The position numbers and the translations under genes were made by a program. Below are positions 12,046 to 25,429 of a DNA stretch of 64,000 bases, one piece after another. Each line of letters starts with the position of its first letter. Positions within the stretch are counted from its first letter, which is position 1. The notes under the pieces were generated by a model, which was given only the letters and a program-made list of their open reading frames with translations, was not told the DNA's origin and did no database searches. Source of the DNA: Camelus ferus (lineage: Eukaryota); contig NC_045697.1 of NCBI RefSeq assembly GCF_009834535.1, positions 56,732,001 through 56,796,000 on the forward strand, given 5' to 3'.

Positions 12046-12773
12046 AAAGAATCTTGAACTATTAGTGGTACTTCTTATACATGGTCAGAGTAGTACTCCA
12101 TTACTTTTGTTGCTAGACATGGGTTGCACTTACTTTAATTATACACTTTCAAGTCCTATTTTTATAGAAGCAATAATATTTCCCCTAAATATTTAGGATA
12201 AATCACCTCACACTATAAATTCTCTTTTTACTGGCTTGGATAATAGAATGCAAAGCCAAAAATGACAAGGTAATAGTTTTCGACTTATTAGACTGGGCTC
12301 TTTCCAATTGAATAAAACCTTGGAGGAAATATAGTTTTCTTAGGTACTAAAATATCTAAGTCAATGAAGTCTAGGCTTATGGAGAAAGGAAGAAACAATA
12401 ATAAGAGTGGATCATTAGGAGGAACTATGAGATATTCCATTTCAATGTTGATTCCTTAGATCAAAGTCCCTTTGGTGAAGTGCAGAGGAAGCTTCATTTT
12501 ACACTATACTATTACTGTTGCATGCAAGGTCTTTCTTCTTTGTATCTATGGGAGGACCATAGCTTTGTCTAAAGTTAACTCACATCAAGCTTCTATTTGT
12601 CATATCTTCACTTGATGATATTGTTATTATACATTTTATGTGAGGCTTCTCAAGTAGGCTGCCAATCTTTTGCAGTCCAAAAGATCCCAAGATATCTGAA
12701 GTTCAAATCATTATTACTCTCAAACTTGCTGGACATCTTTTAATGTTAGTTATGCCCAGTTTGTATCAAATTA

Positions 12774-12958
12774 CAGTTGACCCTTGAACAACACAGGTTT
12801 GAACTTCATGTATCCTTTTATACCTGTATTTTTCCAGTAGTACATGACCTGTAGTTGACTGAATCTGTGGATGCAGGGCATATTATGGGGCCTCCAGGAA
12901 TTTGGGTACATGAGGGGGCTTCCGGAATCAATTCCCCATGGATACTTAGGGATGACTA
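12774..12958 (-). mobile_element. TcMar-Tigger MITE, MER8/Tigger2-related
   Basis: TA followed by cagttgacccttgaacaacacaggtttgaact (Tigger2/MER8 terminus); other end ggaatcaattccccatggatacttagggatgact. Confidence 0.85.
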
Positions 12959-12994
12959 AGTTTTACTACTTGGTCTTGCCACTCTGGGACGAGA

Positions 12995-13131
12995 TGTAGT
13001 ATTGTGTGACATATACAATTCTGAATTCAGACAACATGGATTTCAATTCTAGCTTTACCCCTTAGATGCTATGACGTTGAGCAAGTTCCTTCATCTTTCT
13101 CTGATTATTTTGCTTATTTATTAAATGGGAA
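12995..13131 (+). mobile_element. MIR SINE fragment
   Basis: tctgaattcagacaacatggatttcaattctagcttta...gctatgacgttgagcaagttccttcatctttctctg...taaatggga. Confidence 0.7.
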
Positions 13132-14984
13132 ATATTTGGAGGAAATTCTGATGTAATCATTTTATCAAAGATTTATTTTTATATATGTGCTGTGAAACTT
13201 GAAATGTATATAGCATAATGGTTGACAAAGGTTTGATACAGAAATATAGAAGGTTTATAGGAAAGGAAGCTCAGATACAAAAATAAAATACAGGTATATG
13301 AGGTGCAAGTTAAAATATGTAAGCTATTTTATTTATACATTTTATACTGAGAGGGAAAAGATACAATGTGTTAAAAGTTAATGAAGTTAAACTATACCAT
13401 TTTAGAATGTTGAGTACTTCAGTCTACTGTTATGTGAGATGATAAAAGTATATACATGAAGGTTTAGGTGAGCACATACTGTGATGGATAAGTAATAGCA
13501 AGGGAAGAAGTAATTATTTGAAGCTGGCTAAGAAGTAAAAGAGGCACGTGGGTCACCAGAGAGTGTTCTTGGAAGACTAAGAGAATCTGCATATGCCACA
13601 ATTCCTTGGGTATTCAAAGCAATGCTGTCACCCAAAGGAATGTGAGTCTTTTGGACTGGCCACATTTAGCCAGAAATCTAAAGTCATAAGTGGGCTGGAT
13701 ACAGAAATTGATAAAAACTGTGTGGGATTGTTTGAAAGAATTATGGAAAACGTGCCAAAGTAATGGTCACTTTGGAAAAGTAATTAGCAATTATGTGTTA
13801 AGCATGCATACTAGCTTTAGAAGGTTTCAATATATCACTATTAATATGGTCCTTGGCCTTTGTTGTATAGTGTGACTATATTTTATTGCCTAATTGTCTA
13901 TTGTTTCTTAATGTATTGTCTTCAGAGTATTGTGTAATTGTATTGTCCAGAGTCTCAAGTCAATCACTGTGAAGATCTTAGTAGAATGAAATGTTGAATA
14001 TAAAGAGTATTTATCAATAAATTAAAGATCTATGAAAGTGAGCATTTAAACTAAAAAGACATTCGTAAAAGGAATATAAATGGCTAAAAAACTCATAATA
14101 GCACAATCATTCCAAAGAAATACAAATTAAATAATAATGAGATGCTTGTTTTAATCAATTAAATAACAAATGCCATTTTTACTACTTAGGAAGGGTAGAA
14201 ACGGTGGGATTTTGAGGCAGAAGAGCAGGCTAATCATTTTGAATTCAATTATATCCACTAGAAGTGGAGTACCCATTAAACTAATTGGGGAGAAAAAAAA
14301 TCAATATTTTGTTTCCTCTTGAAACTTCAGCTTTAAACAAATACTAAAAAGAGGATACATTTGTTTAAAACATCACAAACAAAAATTATGGGCTTTACAA
14401 AGCAGTTTTCAAAACCCTAAGTAGCTCCATGTGAGATTCATGAGATTTCAGATGCTTTTAACCTCCCACCTCCCCATATACTTGCCTTTTAACTCTCAGA
14501 ATTTAACATAGTATCTAGCATGTACTTGGCACCAAATAAATATTTATTGAGTAAATAAACTAGTAATTTGTCAGTTGTCTCCCTTTTGATTACAATTTCA
14601 GAAAAAAATGCAAATTGTTTACCTTGAAAAGTTCCCTCAGGAATAGATGCAAATATTTATTTGTATGTAATAGTTAAGATAAAAAATTAATGTTTTATGT
14701 ATAAGGAAAAAATTAGAAATTAATATTTTATATATAGGAATAAGATTTAATATTAAAATTTAATATTTAATAGGATTTTATATTATAAATAATATAAAAT
14801 ACTATAATGTTAAATAAAACAGATAATGTAAGCTAAAATTTTAATATTGTATGTACAGTGATAAAAATAGAAATGTATCTTCTTAGAAACAACAACAAAG
14901 TACAAACACCAAATGTAGACTATGACATAGACTGTAAAAATATTTGTAACTTGTTTATTTCTGGAATTGCAAATGATAACATCT

Positions 14985-15090
14985 TCATTCATTGAATACA
15001 TATCTATTGAGAACCTGCTCTGTACCACTCTTCTAGGCATTGAGACTATATTGTGAACCAAACAAGTCTTCCCACTCACCGTTCCCACTC
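14985..15090 (-). mobile_element. L2 3' end fragment
   Basis: ttcattcattgaatacatatctattgagaacctgctctgtacca...tctaggcattgagactatattgtgaaccaaaca is the antisense L2 tail. Confidence 0.7.
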
Positions 15091-15119
15091 AAGAGGTTAA
15101 GAGAGTTTTAGTAGATAGT

Positions 15120-15790
15120 TGTTGATATTTCTCTTGGGCATGTATCTAGGAGTGGAAATTCTACTTCGGATAGTAACTCTACAGTTGTTTGTAGAATTGC
15201 TAGGCTATTTTCCAAAGTGTCAGCATCAATATACATTCCCAACAGCATACATTCCCAACAGTATGAGGGTTCCAATTTCTTCATATCCTCTTAATACTTA
15301 TTACGAGAGTTTTTGATTATAGCCATCCTAGTGAATGTGAAAGTGTTATTTCATTGTGGTTTTGATTTACATTCCCTTGATAGCTAATGATATGGGTTAT
15401 CTTTTCATGTGCTTATTAGCCATTTATATATGTTCCTTGGATAAGAAAAAATATTCAGATGCTTTTCTCATTTAAAAAATCAGGCAATTTCTCTTTTGAT
15501 GATTGGGTTGTATGGGTTTTAGTATATTCTAGATACGAGTCCCTTATCAGATATATGATTTGCAGATATTTTTTCCCATTCTGGGGGTGTCTTTCACTTT
15601 TTTAGTGGTGTCTTTTGAAGCATAGTTTTTACTTTATATGCAATTTAACTTCGCTATTTTCCTTTTTTCTCTTCCTTCCTTTCTTCCTCCTTTTCTTCCT
15701 TTCTTTCATTCTCTTTCTTTCTCTCTTTTGCTTTGATTTTGTATCTCGAATCATTTACCAAAGCTGAAATCATGCGGATTTATACCTGTG
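15120..15790 (-). mobile_element. L1MA/MB ORF2 3'-region fragment, antisense
   Basis: tatctaggagtggaaatt, cattcccaacagtatgagggttccaatttct, ttgattatagccatcctagtg, gtcccttatcagatatatgatttgcagatattt; contains a CT-rich tract ~15660-15730. Confidence 0.88.
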
Positions 15791-15797
15791 CCCATTT

Positions 15798-16288
15798 TGT
15801 TAGGTCAAGTGGCCTTCAGGGACTTTAAACTGACACTAAGCCCCACATGTTAGTGCATGCCCTGGATTACAGCCTCCAGAGTCATCAGCAAATGTTGGCT
15901 TCTGCTATGACTTTCCCAGGAGCCCTTGTGATCAACAGTCCTTCCTGCCTCCCAATGCCTCTTCATTGTGTGCCTCTTAGATAAGATCCTTGTGGACCTT
16001 AATAAAACCACACTTTTTTAATTTGAATTGGCCAATCCAGTCTTTGCCCAGAAACCCCAAAGCATTCTACCTGCAGACCCTAATAAAGGCATGTGTCCCA
16101 GGTCTTGTCTCTCTCTCTGTCCGCACTCTGCCTTGACCTCCCTGTGTGGCCCCCTAGGCCTGCAGTCTACTTCCTCCAGGACTTGTGAGGAATAAACTTC
16201 TCTATTTTGGTTTCCCTTGTGGTCTGTTGTTGAATCTTAGCTAACTATCTGGTACCCTGCGCTATACTTAACAAGTGTCAGTTTAACA
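15798..16288 (+). mobile_element. ERV solo LTR (probably ERV1 class), family unassigned
   Basis: tgtta...taaca inverted termini, GC-richer body, CCAAT, taataaa then ctctctct, aataaa at ~16191; no TSD found. Confidence 0.65.
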
Positions 16289-19200
16289 GGTGTTAGCATA
16301 ACGCCAGGGCTCTCCTGCTCTCTCAGGTACTCATAGACACACTGAAGCTTCCTGCAGTATCTCTGCTGAGTTGAGCATCAGGCACCGGTATGTAAATTCA
16401 TGCAATCAACTCTGATTACATAAACCTCAATCTTCACAGTACTAAGACAACTTGCACTCTGTTGTGAAATGAGAGGAGAAATATCTAGTCATTTGGGGGC
16501 TTATTGTTATAGGGATCCTACAGAATTTAGTGAGATAGCTCCTTTGTTAATGCAAATCTTCTTCCTTTCCTCTAAAATATATCCTGTTACCAGGTCAAGC
16601 ATCAGATACTATGCTATCTGAAACTATTACCTTCCTTTAACTTTCAGTCTTTTCAGTCACCCACACCTCACCATCACTTCATCGTATCATATTTGAGACA
16701 AATTCTCTTTAAATAAGCTGCATCCCAAAACCTTCTTTCATTTCAACTTGATAATCCAATGCCACACTTTTTGCTCTCAGCCTTAATGTTATACCATACA
16801 TTATTGTCTTGATATAAATAATGTTTATGGTTCTAGGGTTTTGTTTTTCTTTGTTTGTGCTCCCCAGTCTAAATCACTGAATGTTAATTAGATAATTGTG
16901 ATAGTATAAATCTCTGCTTCTAGCAGTCACAGATTGTATTAAATACTGCAGTGCTCTTATTATTTTCCTGTTTAAATCTGTCTCTAAGCTCTCAATACCT
17001 ATAGGATACTGTTTGAATTACGTATATTCACTATTAGAGTCAGCTAGTACTTCAGATAGTCAGAGTACTTCAAAGTGGGGACTAAGAAAGACAGCATTCC
17101 CCATGGAGCCAGTGGTATACAAGAGTCCAGCCTCTGGTTTAGTGAACAAATATGAGAGGGCTGTAAATGAATGTAGTCTCATCAACTCTTCTCGCTATGT
17201 GCCCACTTCCCCACAAGAATGCTGTATGTCATGCCTCCAACAGGAGGACCAATACCAGGTCCAGCCTCCTATCCACAAGGTCGGGAGCTGGGTGCCCAGG
17301 GCATCTAGTGTGTGCAGTAGGGGAAGGGTTAACAGAGGTGGGTGAGGGTGGGTTGGGGAGTAGAGGATCAGGAGAAAGAGAAAAGATGAGATTCAAAGTA
17401 GATTTTTTTCCAAAGGGATTAGCTAATCAAAGAAGATGGAATGTTGAACTTGCAGATGAAGGTCACTTAGCTGAGCTACTGTGGGAAAGACTGAAATATC
17501 AGACTATCTCAGACAAGTAGGAAGGTCCTCAAGCTTGATGACCTTTAGTTAATCTCTTAGAAGGAGAGAGAGTGCCAGGGTATCGGGTTAAAAATACACA
17601 CAGTACTGTTCTTCACTCCTTTATACATGGTAACAAAGTTTCTGAAGATGAAATTTTTTTTTATTAGAATTCATATTTTTGGTTAACAGCCATTATCATT
17701 TTAAGTTCTCTAATAAAGAACAGTTATTAGGAATTAGGTCTTTATTTTATTCTACCCACATGAATAACACAATAAATTAAAAAATAATGAAGAAGTTAAT
17801 GTCTTTCAATTTTATTAGGTTACTCAGGAGATTATATACATAAAACTATATTTTGCCTAGGATCTTATTGAATTTTACAATTTTTAATCATTGTCCTTTA
17901 TATAAATACTTTAAAATGAGTTCCAAATTAACTGTCTGTTTCTCCTTCCTGTCTGTTAATTTTACATGTAAGAATTATTTTAAGAGACTCTAAAACTCCA
18001 TAAGCCAGAAGCATGCTACTTGTTTCCTGGGGTTCTGGTTGAAATAGTTCACTAATTTTCTTTTAAAATGAGAAAAAAGAGGTGAACACAGCAAGACAGT
18101 TCTCTCCTTGAATGCTACTATGCAGCATCAGAGATTTTTTTAATCATTCAATTTAGATTTGTCTTTGGTAGCTTGAAGAAGAAAAACCAGCAGTTGTTCC
18201 CATAAAAGCAACCATTCCAGGTGGTTGTCAGTTATCAGGTACAATTACAGCTTCACAGTTAGGTATGTCTCAACTTGCTAAGGAACTGGCAAGTAATGCT
18301 AAAAACATATGAAGGGATATTATCATAAATAAGAGAATTAGAATAGAAAATTATTGTTATATAGAAGGTTATTATATAGATGTTACAGATTAAACTTATT
18401 CACATCACTTAAAACACAACAAAAAAGTATATTTTAAGACCAACTGGATAAATGACAAGGCATACTTGGAAAATTCCATATGGTTCTCAATTAAAAGGAT
18501 ACATTCAGAAATAAAGATTTTAGTTTAAAATAGTTATTCACATATCTTGATAGCTGGTGCAGTGGGCACTGAACTAAGTTTATTTGCAACAAATTCTTAG
18601 AGGCAGATTAATACGTGCAAGTCACTAGCAATTTTTTGTTAAAAAGAACAGATTGGTAGTGTTACTTATCAGATAGGCTGAAAAAAAGTCATTTGCCTTG
18701 TTACATGAGGCATTTCCTATTTTCTATTACTTTATAACTGCATTCAAATATGCAGACAGGATTAAAAACCAAAGTTTATTATCCTCCACTGTTAAAATCA
18801 AAATAAGACAGAGAAAATATTTTTTAAAAAGTGAAAACAAAAATTTCTAAGAACTAAGAAAAAATCGTATGTATCATTAGTACTTCTAACTAAGTTTAAT
18901 GTATTTTTTTGTATTTTATATTAATGTTAGAGAAACAAGTTTTCCAGTATATTTGAGTTCTTTGGACAGATGTATGAAAGTATACTAGCACTGTGCCTTC
19001 AGATCACTATATGCCATAAATTCCTACATGGAGCTATAAAATGACTTTCTCTGATGATCACTAACACGATGCTTTGTGGAACCAAGCTTTTAAAGAAAGA
19101 GATAAGTATCAGGAAGTCTCTTCAATTCTTGTTTGTGCAATTACCAGTGCTGTATATAGTTGGAGTCTGGGTCTGAAAAGCTCACAGATGAATGGATACT

Positions 19201-22200
19201 GTATTTATGTTGTTCACTCTGTATGTCAGATGATTTAATTGGCACATAGAGATTGAGCTGGAATGAAAGGGTAAAATCTGGAGATAATTATTTTAAGACT
19301 ATAGAGAAAAGTGCATAATGATGATGAAAATAGTTTTTAAATCGAATTAAATAAATGGATGGTTTCTTAATGACTGAAAAGAAGTGATAGTGAGAAACTG
19401 GGTATAATAAGCATATTTATTTTACTGAAATTATTTTCAAAATTGTTCCTTTAACAATCTATATTGGGGAAATATGAACAAAGATATGATCAAAGATTCA
19501 TGTACTTGGATAGACTGTGTTGTCTTATGTGTTTTATCTAAAATTTAGAATCAAAGGTTTGATGACAGAGTAATTGTAAACAATCACTATAAATTGACAT
19601 GATATGCTATTAGTAGTCATTACATCACTTACTTGATGAATCTTTACAGACATGAGAAAATGGTCCTAATAGTTACAGAGAACTGATATAAAATCAAGGT
19701 TAAACATGTACATACTATATAACAAGAATTTTATAAGAAATTATATACCTATATGAAAACAAAATACTACAAAAAGAAAGAGTTCATCATGGTAACATTG
19801 TTCTCTAAATAGTGGGATATTTTGCATTTTATTTTACTTTCCAAATGATCTACAGTGGTATCTAGTATTTTTTTAATTAGAAATGAAATATGTTCAAAAC
19901 TTTTCCAAAATTTTTGATACAATGATATCTATAATAAATGGCTCATTTTGATGTGATAAAATTAGAAAGTAAAGCAAAATAAATGTTGTTTTTGCTTAAA
20001 ATTTTCCCATTCCATCTTTGTCATAGAAATATATTATACATGGATAAAATTAATTTGAACAGAAATATATTTATCTATCCCTCAAAATAAAGACAGTAAG
20101 AAAATTCTTAAATAGCATAAAATTATTAATGAAATTTATCTTGTAACTGCATAAAATTCTCATGTTATATTTATTTTTAAGAATTTATTTATTTGTGTTT
20201 ATTTTTAATAATTGAGAATTCTTGAAATTCCTAGGCTCATCTTTGACTTTTTAAATTTAGAGAATATGGTCTCTGGGTGAAGAATATTTTCCCATTATTT
20301 CTCTATTTGTCTTTTAAGAGTTTACTTGCTAAATTCTTAGGGCTTTTATTCAATTCAGATACAAATCAGGTTTAAAGACAAAAAGCCAGTGTAATTGTAA
20401 ATGAGAAGATTTAGCAAACATGGAGTTACGTATTTATGCCAGCATGGGTTTGCTTTCATTGGGCACAATAACTTTTTCTTAATTAAAAGCTAGCTAGATA
20501 TACAGTTGAGAAGAAAAGAAACTCAGCAAATATTTGCAATTACTTCATTGAGACATAATGCACAGAAATTTGGTACTAAATACATTGCTGGGCAGTGTTC
20601 AATAGTAGAATTAGCCAAGGCTGATCAATTACTTTGATTATAACAATATGGAGAAATAACAGTCTAATACTAACATAATAAAAATCAATAAACTGATCAA
20701 TAGGCAAATCTTCTATCAAGAATTTGAAGTACTTCTATCAGGCTTTCTGCTGTAATCGACTCTTGATTAGCTTAACATGTTTAATGACTGTGAAATTGTA
20801 TTTCTACTGAGACAATGCACATCTGGAATAACAGCACGTAATTCAGCCGCCTCCAGAGTCCCATGGCATTGAGCACAAGACTTCAAATGGAGTCCTCACA
20901 GTGAAAATGAAGCTTGTTCTTTGACATGCTAATGCCTGTCTTGGCTGGGTCTCATTTTAGACTTGCCGGTACAACAGACAACTTCAAAGTGTCGGGGGGG
21001 TACTTTAAAGTTACTGCAGCGTTTGCTTATTTTGAGGAATACACACTCTCACTATTGGATGAACGGTTTGGACCTTCTCTGTCTCACTTTCACCTTATCA
21101 TCTTTAATTAGTGCAAAACCCATGAGTCCCAGCCTGTGAGATCAAATGGAAATGCCTGCTTGACGATCCAAATGCCTTAAGAGGCAAATGGAGGAGCAGC
21201 TGTTTTGTTTAAAATGAAGGAAAACAGAAGGTAGCATAGAAGAAAAGCATGTGAAAACTTAATCATCTCCAAATGCTAAATGGCCTTGTCATAGTTATAA
21301 GATGTGAAGGGTAATAACTGGAAATGTTTACTACTGAAGGTTCTTATTCTACAAAAATCCCTCCCCTCTTAACTCTGGTGTTGGGGGCTTAGATCAGATA
21401 TGCAAATTATCCCTTGAGCTCATATTCCACACTATCAACCTAAGGAATGTTCAGTGAGTGCAATTTTCCAGTTTGAGCTTGAGTTCCCAGCCATGGAGGA
21501 AAATCTCTGAAGCCTGGAACAGTGAAACTATGAGAATTTGAAAGTTTGAAGTTCGATGCCATTAACGTGAGAGTTAATTCCCATAAAATTTGTCAAGTCT
21601 TATATCCATGCTAATTGTAGCAAAAATCTAATAAAATATTGGTATTCATTAGCCTTTTTTAAAATGCTGAAAATATATGGACTACAAAGTTGAATTATAT
21701 TCTTGGACATAAGAAAACAAAATCTTAATATTTGTTTTATTTAGTCACAGGATCTATAAAATACATTTTAAAAAAATCAAAACTACCATAATAGGACTAG
21801 AAATATATGTATTGACCAAAGTATTATCAACTGGTAGAGACAGACCACAAGGTTTTTACCTGTATCATGCCCCTTGTCTGAAGAACCACATCAAAGTAAG
21901 ATAAAACTGATGGAAATGAGAAACTTGACAAAATTGTTCCAGTTTTCAGGTGGCTGGACCTCTAGACTCACAACTATTATTTATATCACATGATATTAAT
22001 TTGACTAATCATACTTTTTCATACTTAGTTTGTAGGATTAGATAACATAATACTTCATGCTATTGATATATTAAATTGAATTGACTCAACAGCTAAGAGA
22101 AATGGTACTACAGTTGAAAATTTCTCTTCCAGCAGAAGACTTACTTCCAAGATAATCTTAAATGTTGTTATAGTTATTTCTCCCATTCTTAGGCCCCAAA

Positions 22201-22857
22201 GAGTAGACATTTCTAATATTATCTCATACTCTCTTAGAAACAGAATGCTAGGTAAATGCACTGTTTCTGAATAGACTCTGGTCTTTTCATGTGCTTAAAG
22301 CAAGGGCCATTAGTTTTAGTGCTCTTGAGTAAAATGATTAAGCAGAACTATTGGCGTGCATTTTGTGAGGGAGCACATAACAGGCAGTGCAGTCATCTTG
22401 ATAAGGCACCAGACACATCAGAGAGTGGCTATTTTCCTCTGAGCCTGATACAAGGGCAATGCAAGAGCTTCTGCAGAGAGTGCAGTCCATTAAACAGTGA
22501 TGACCTAATTCACCTTCAGTTCAGTAACTGGGTCAGGATGCAATAACTTTGTATAGAATTATGCAATTTTAGATCGAAAAGAGCAAAGGAGCCCTTATGT
22601 GCATCCCTCTTATTTTACTGAAACTTGGGCTACAGTGAGTTAAAAACACAAAGGAAAAGGCATGTGTGGTAATGAGAATCTTAGAAATTTAGAACTGAAA
22701 GAAACTGTATCTGTCTCTTCTCCAAGTCCCCCATTTCACCGTTATGGTAAAACAAAGCTCAAAAAAGATGAATATTTGGCTTATGATTATATTTTAGGTT
22801 ACAGAACTGAAATTACACCTTAAGTGTTCTTACAGAAGCCTTTAAGCCATTAATGTC

Positions 22858-23010
22858 ACAGACTCTGGAATTAGATTGTCATGGCTCAGTTCCTGAATCT
22901 CCTAATAAGTATAGATGTGACTTCCAAAATGTTAACTAATGTTTGTGTGTGTGTGTATCTGTGTGTGTGCCTTTGGCTTCTCACTTGTGAAATGGGAGTA
23001 AAAATAAAGT
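22858..23010 (+). mobile_element. MIR fragment with an internal imperfect (TG)n
   Basis: gactctggaattagattg...tgtgactt...cttctcacttgtgaaatgggagtaaaaata. Confidence 0.55.
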
Positions 23011-24574
23011 ATATGTTTTATTGTCTATCCCTAGAACAAGGATATTCTCTTACACAACACCATGAACATCATCACACCAAAGGAGTTTAACATTGATGCG
23101 ATACTGACTAATGCGCAGTCCATTTTCAGATTACTCCAGTTGTCTGCAAGGTACTCGTCCACCTATTTTCCCATGCTCTTTCAAAGCCCTTTCTTTCAGT
23201 TCTTAGTAGTCAGTGTTCTGATTCAACAGGTTCACCGCAGTATTGGTTCACTCAGAACCGGCCTCCGTTCGATGTGGAGTGATTTTGTCACCTCAACAAG
23301 GGCTCTGCTACTTTATTTTCTCACACAATCCCTACCTGACACTCCACTCCTGAGTGGCTTTACTTTTATGAGATTGAAGTTTGTAGTTTCTCCCATTTAT
23401 GTTACTAGCATGGGTTTTGCTTATCTGTAACAGGAGATACTGATTTAAGTAGTTGGCATTAACTTATGGAAAATTCAGAGGCTCTTCTTTTCTCTTTATT
23501 CTGTTCCTTTTCCTTTTTCTTCTTCATATCATTACCATCATCATCATCACTTTTATGCTTATCATCTCCAACCAAAGCTTCTTCATGAGTCTAAACAATC
23601 AAGGCTACAGTGATACTGCTGGTATAGACTGGCATCTATGGAGAGGGCATGTTTGCAAACAGAATAGTTCAAATAAAATTGATATGAACTTACTTATTTT
23701 GATCTTACCGCTTATTTAGCTTATTTTCTTTCGTGTTTTTTTCCCCATAATCTGGTTCCATTTTATATTCCTGGATAGTGGCCATTTTCCTTCTTAATGT
23801 TTTTTACTTATTTTTTATGGATTTAGCTATGGCTACCTCAGTATTAGTAATGTTACATGTTCTTATTTTAAAATACTTTAGTATCTCTTATTATAAGTAG
23901 AATTTGCATTTGTATATGTGTTTGTATGTATTATTTGTATATCTATTAATATCCCCCCCCTTTTTTTAACTATGATGAATCACTGATTAATTGAGATCTG
24001 AATGGAATCTTAGATATTTAGCCTTAAAGTTTGTATTTAATGGCTCCCTAAAAGGAAAAATGATCTTAATTCCAATAATAGCTCTCCCTATTTTAATAAA
24101 CATTTTGATAATAAATTTGAATGTTCTCATTCAAGTTCCAGAAAGGTATGATTAAGGGAAATTACCCACTAAAGAATGGTTTCTCCATGCAATTCCATTT
24201 CCTTTTCCCTAGGCTACACACAAACACAAAAATGAGGATATTAGCACGGCCAGAGTATTAAAAGGAAAATATTTCAGTCCATCTACTTGTGAGAAATTAA
24301 TTCCGTTACCAACTGCTGACTTATCCCAAACAACTGGGAATTCCCAAGTGAGAATCTCACAAGTACTCTGCAAACCTGTCTTCCTGGTGGCTCATACCAT
24401 TTTTCTTATTTCCTCCACAGGTAACCTTGGTGACATCTCCAGTTGCTTTATACTTAAAAAATAGCATCTATGTTGCTGATGCTAGGCAAAGATATTGCTA
24501 TGTGCTAAAATATCAATTTTGCTATCATGACTTCTAATATCAAGATTTAGAGCTTTTGCTGCCTTTAAAATAAA

Positions 24575-25078
24575 TACGATTCAGAAGGTTATGATGGTTT
24601 GACTTTTGATTTTTCAACTTTATGATGGTGCCAAAAGATATACACATTCAGTAGAAGCCCTCATTCAAATTTTGAATTTTGATCTTTTCCTAGACTAGAG
24701 ATATGCAGTATGATGCTCACTGATGATGCCAGGCAGCGGCAGCGAGCTGCGGGTCCCAGTCAGCCATGCAGTGTGAACTGTCGATACACTTGGCAACTAC
24801 TCTGTATCAAACAGCCATTCTGGCTTTCACCTTCAGTGCAGTATGCAATAAAGTACCTAAGATACTCAATACTTTATTATAAAATAGGTATTGTGTTAGA
24901 TGATTTTGCCTAACTAACTGGAAACTAATGCAGATGTTCTGAGTACATTTATGGTAGACTAAGCTAAGCTATGATGTTTGGTAGGTCAAGTGTATTAAAT
25001 GCATTTTTGACTTAATGATATTTTCAACTTAGGATGGGTTTATTGGCTATCACCCCATCATAAGTCAAGGAAGAGCTG
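24575..25078 (-). mobile_element. MER47/Tigger5-family DNA transposon MITE
   Basis: Matches recalled MER47 antisense: aagctaagctatgatgtttggtagg...gtgtattaaatgcattttt...gatgggtttatt...accccatcataagtcaaggaagagctg followed by TA. Confidence 0.9.
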
Positions 25079-25429
25079 TAATCATTCTTGTCAGTTTGCT
25101 CATATCAGTGCTGTAGTCCTTTCAGTAGAAATAGTCATAAAAGAGGACTTTAAATTTTGTCTTGCTTTCCTTTTACAGTTGTATACCCTTGATTTTAGAT
25201 ACATGTTCATAGATATGTGATTATTAATTCAAAAGTATTATTTATTTCAGTATTTATTGAAAGGTGTTGCTTTAACATAAAGCATGCTTCGACACTATGC
25301 AGATATGAGAGAGAGGAAAAAGGAAAAGTTTCTGCATTCACAAAGGTTTCCATTATCAAGGAAGTTAGGCAATTTATTTAAAATATGATTAAATTTGCAA
25401 TAGTGAAACCACAAGATAGTGTCACAATA

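Noticed and set aside
17013..17520. Two overlapping ORFs over 100 aa in a slightly GC-richer patch
   Set aside because: No recognisable protein similarity; more likely a decayed unclassified repeat
18172..18262. Exon-like stretch LEEEKPAVVPIKATIPGGCQLSGTITASQL ending at AG|gtatgt
   Set aside because: Acceptor is poor (ctttggtag), the peptide is unrecognised and there are no partner exons; cannot be supported without data
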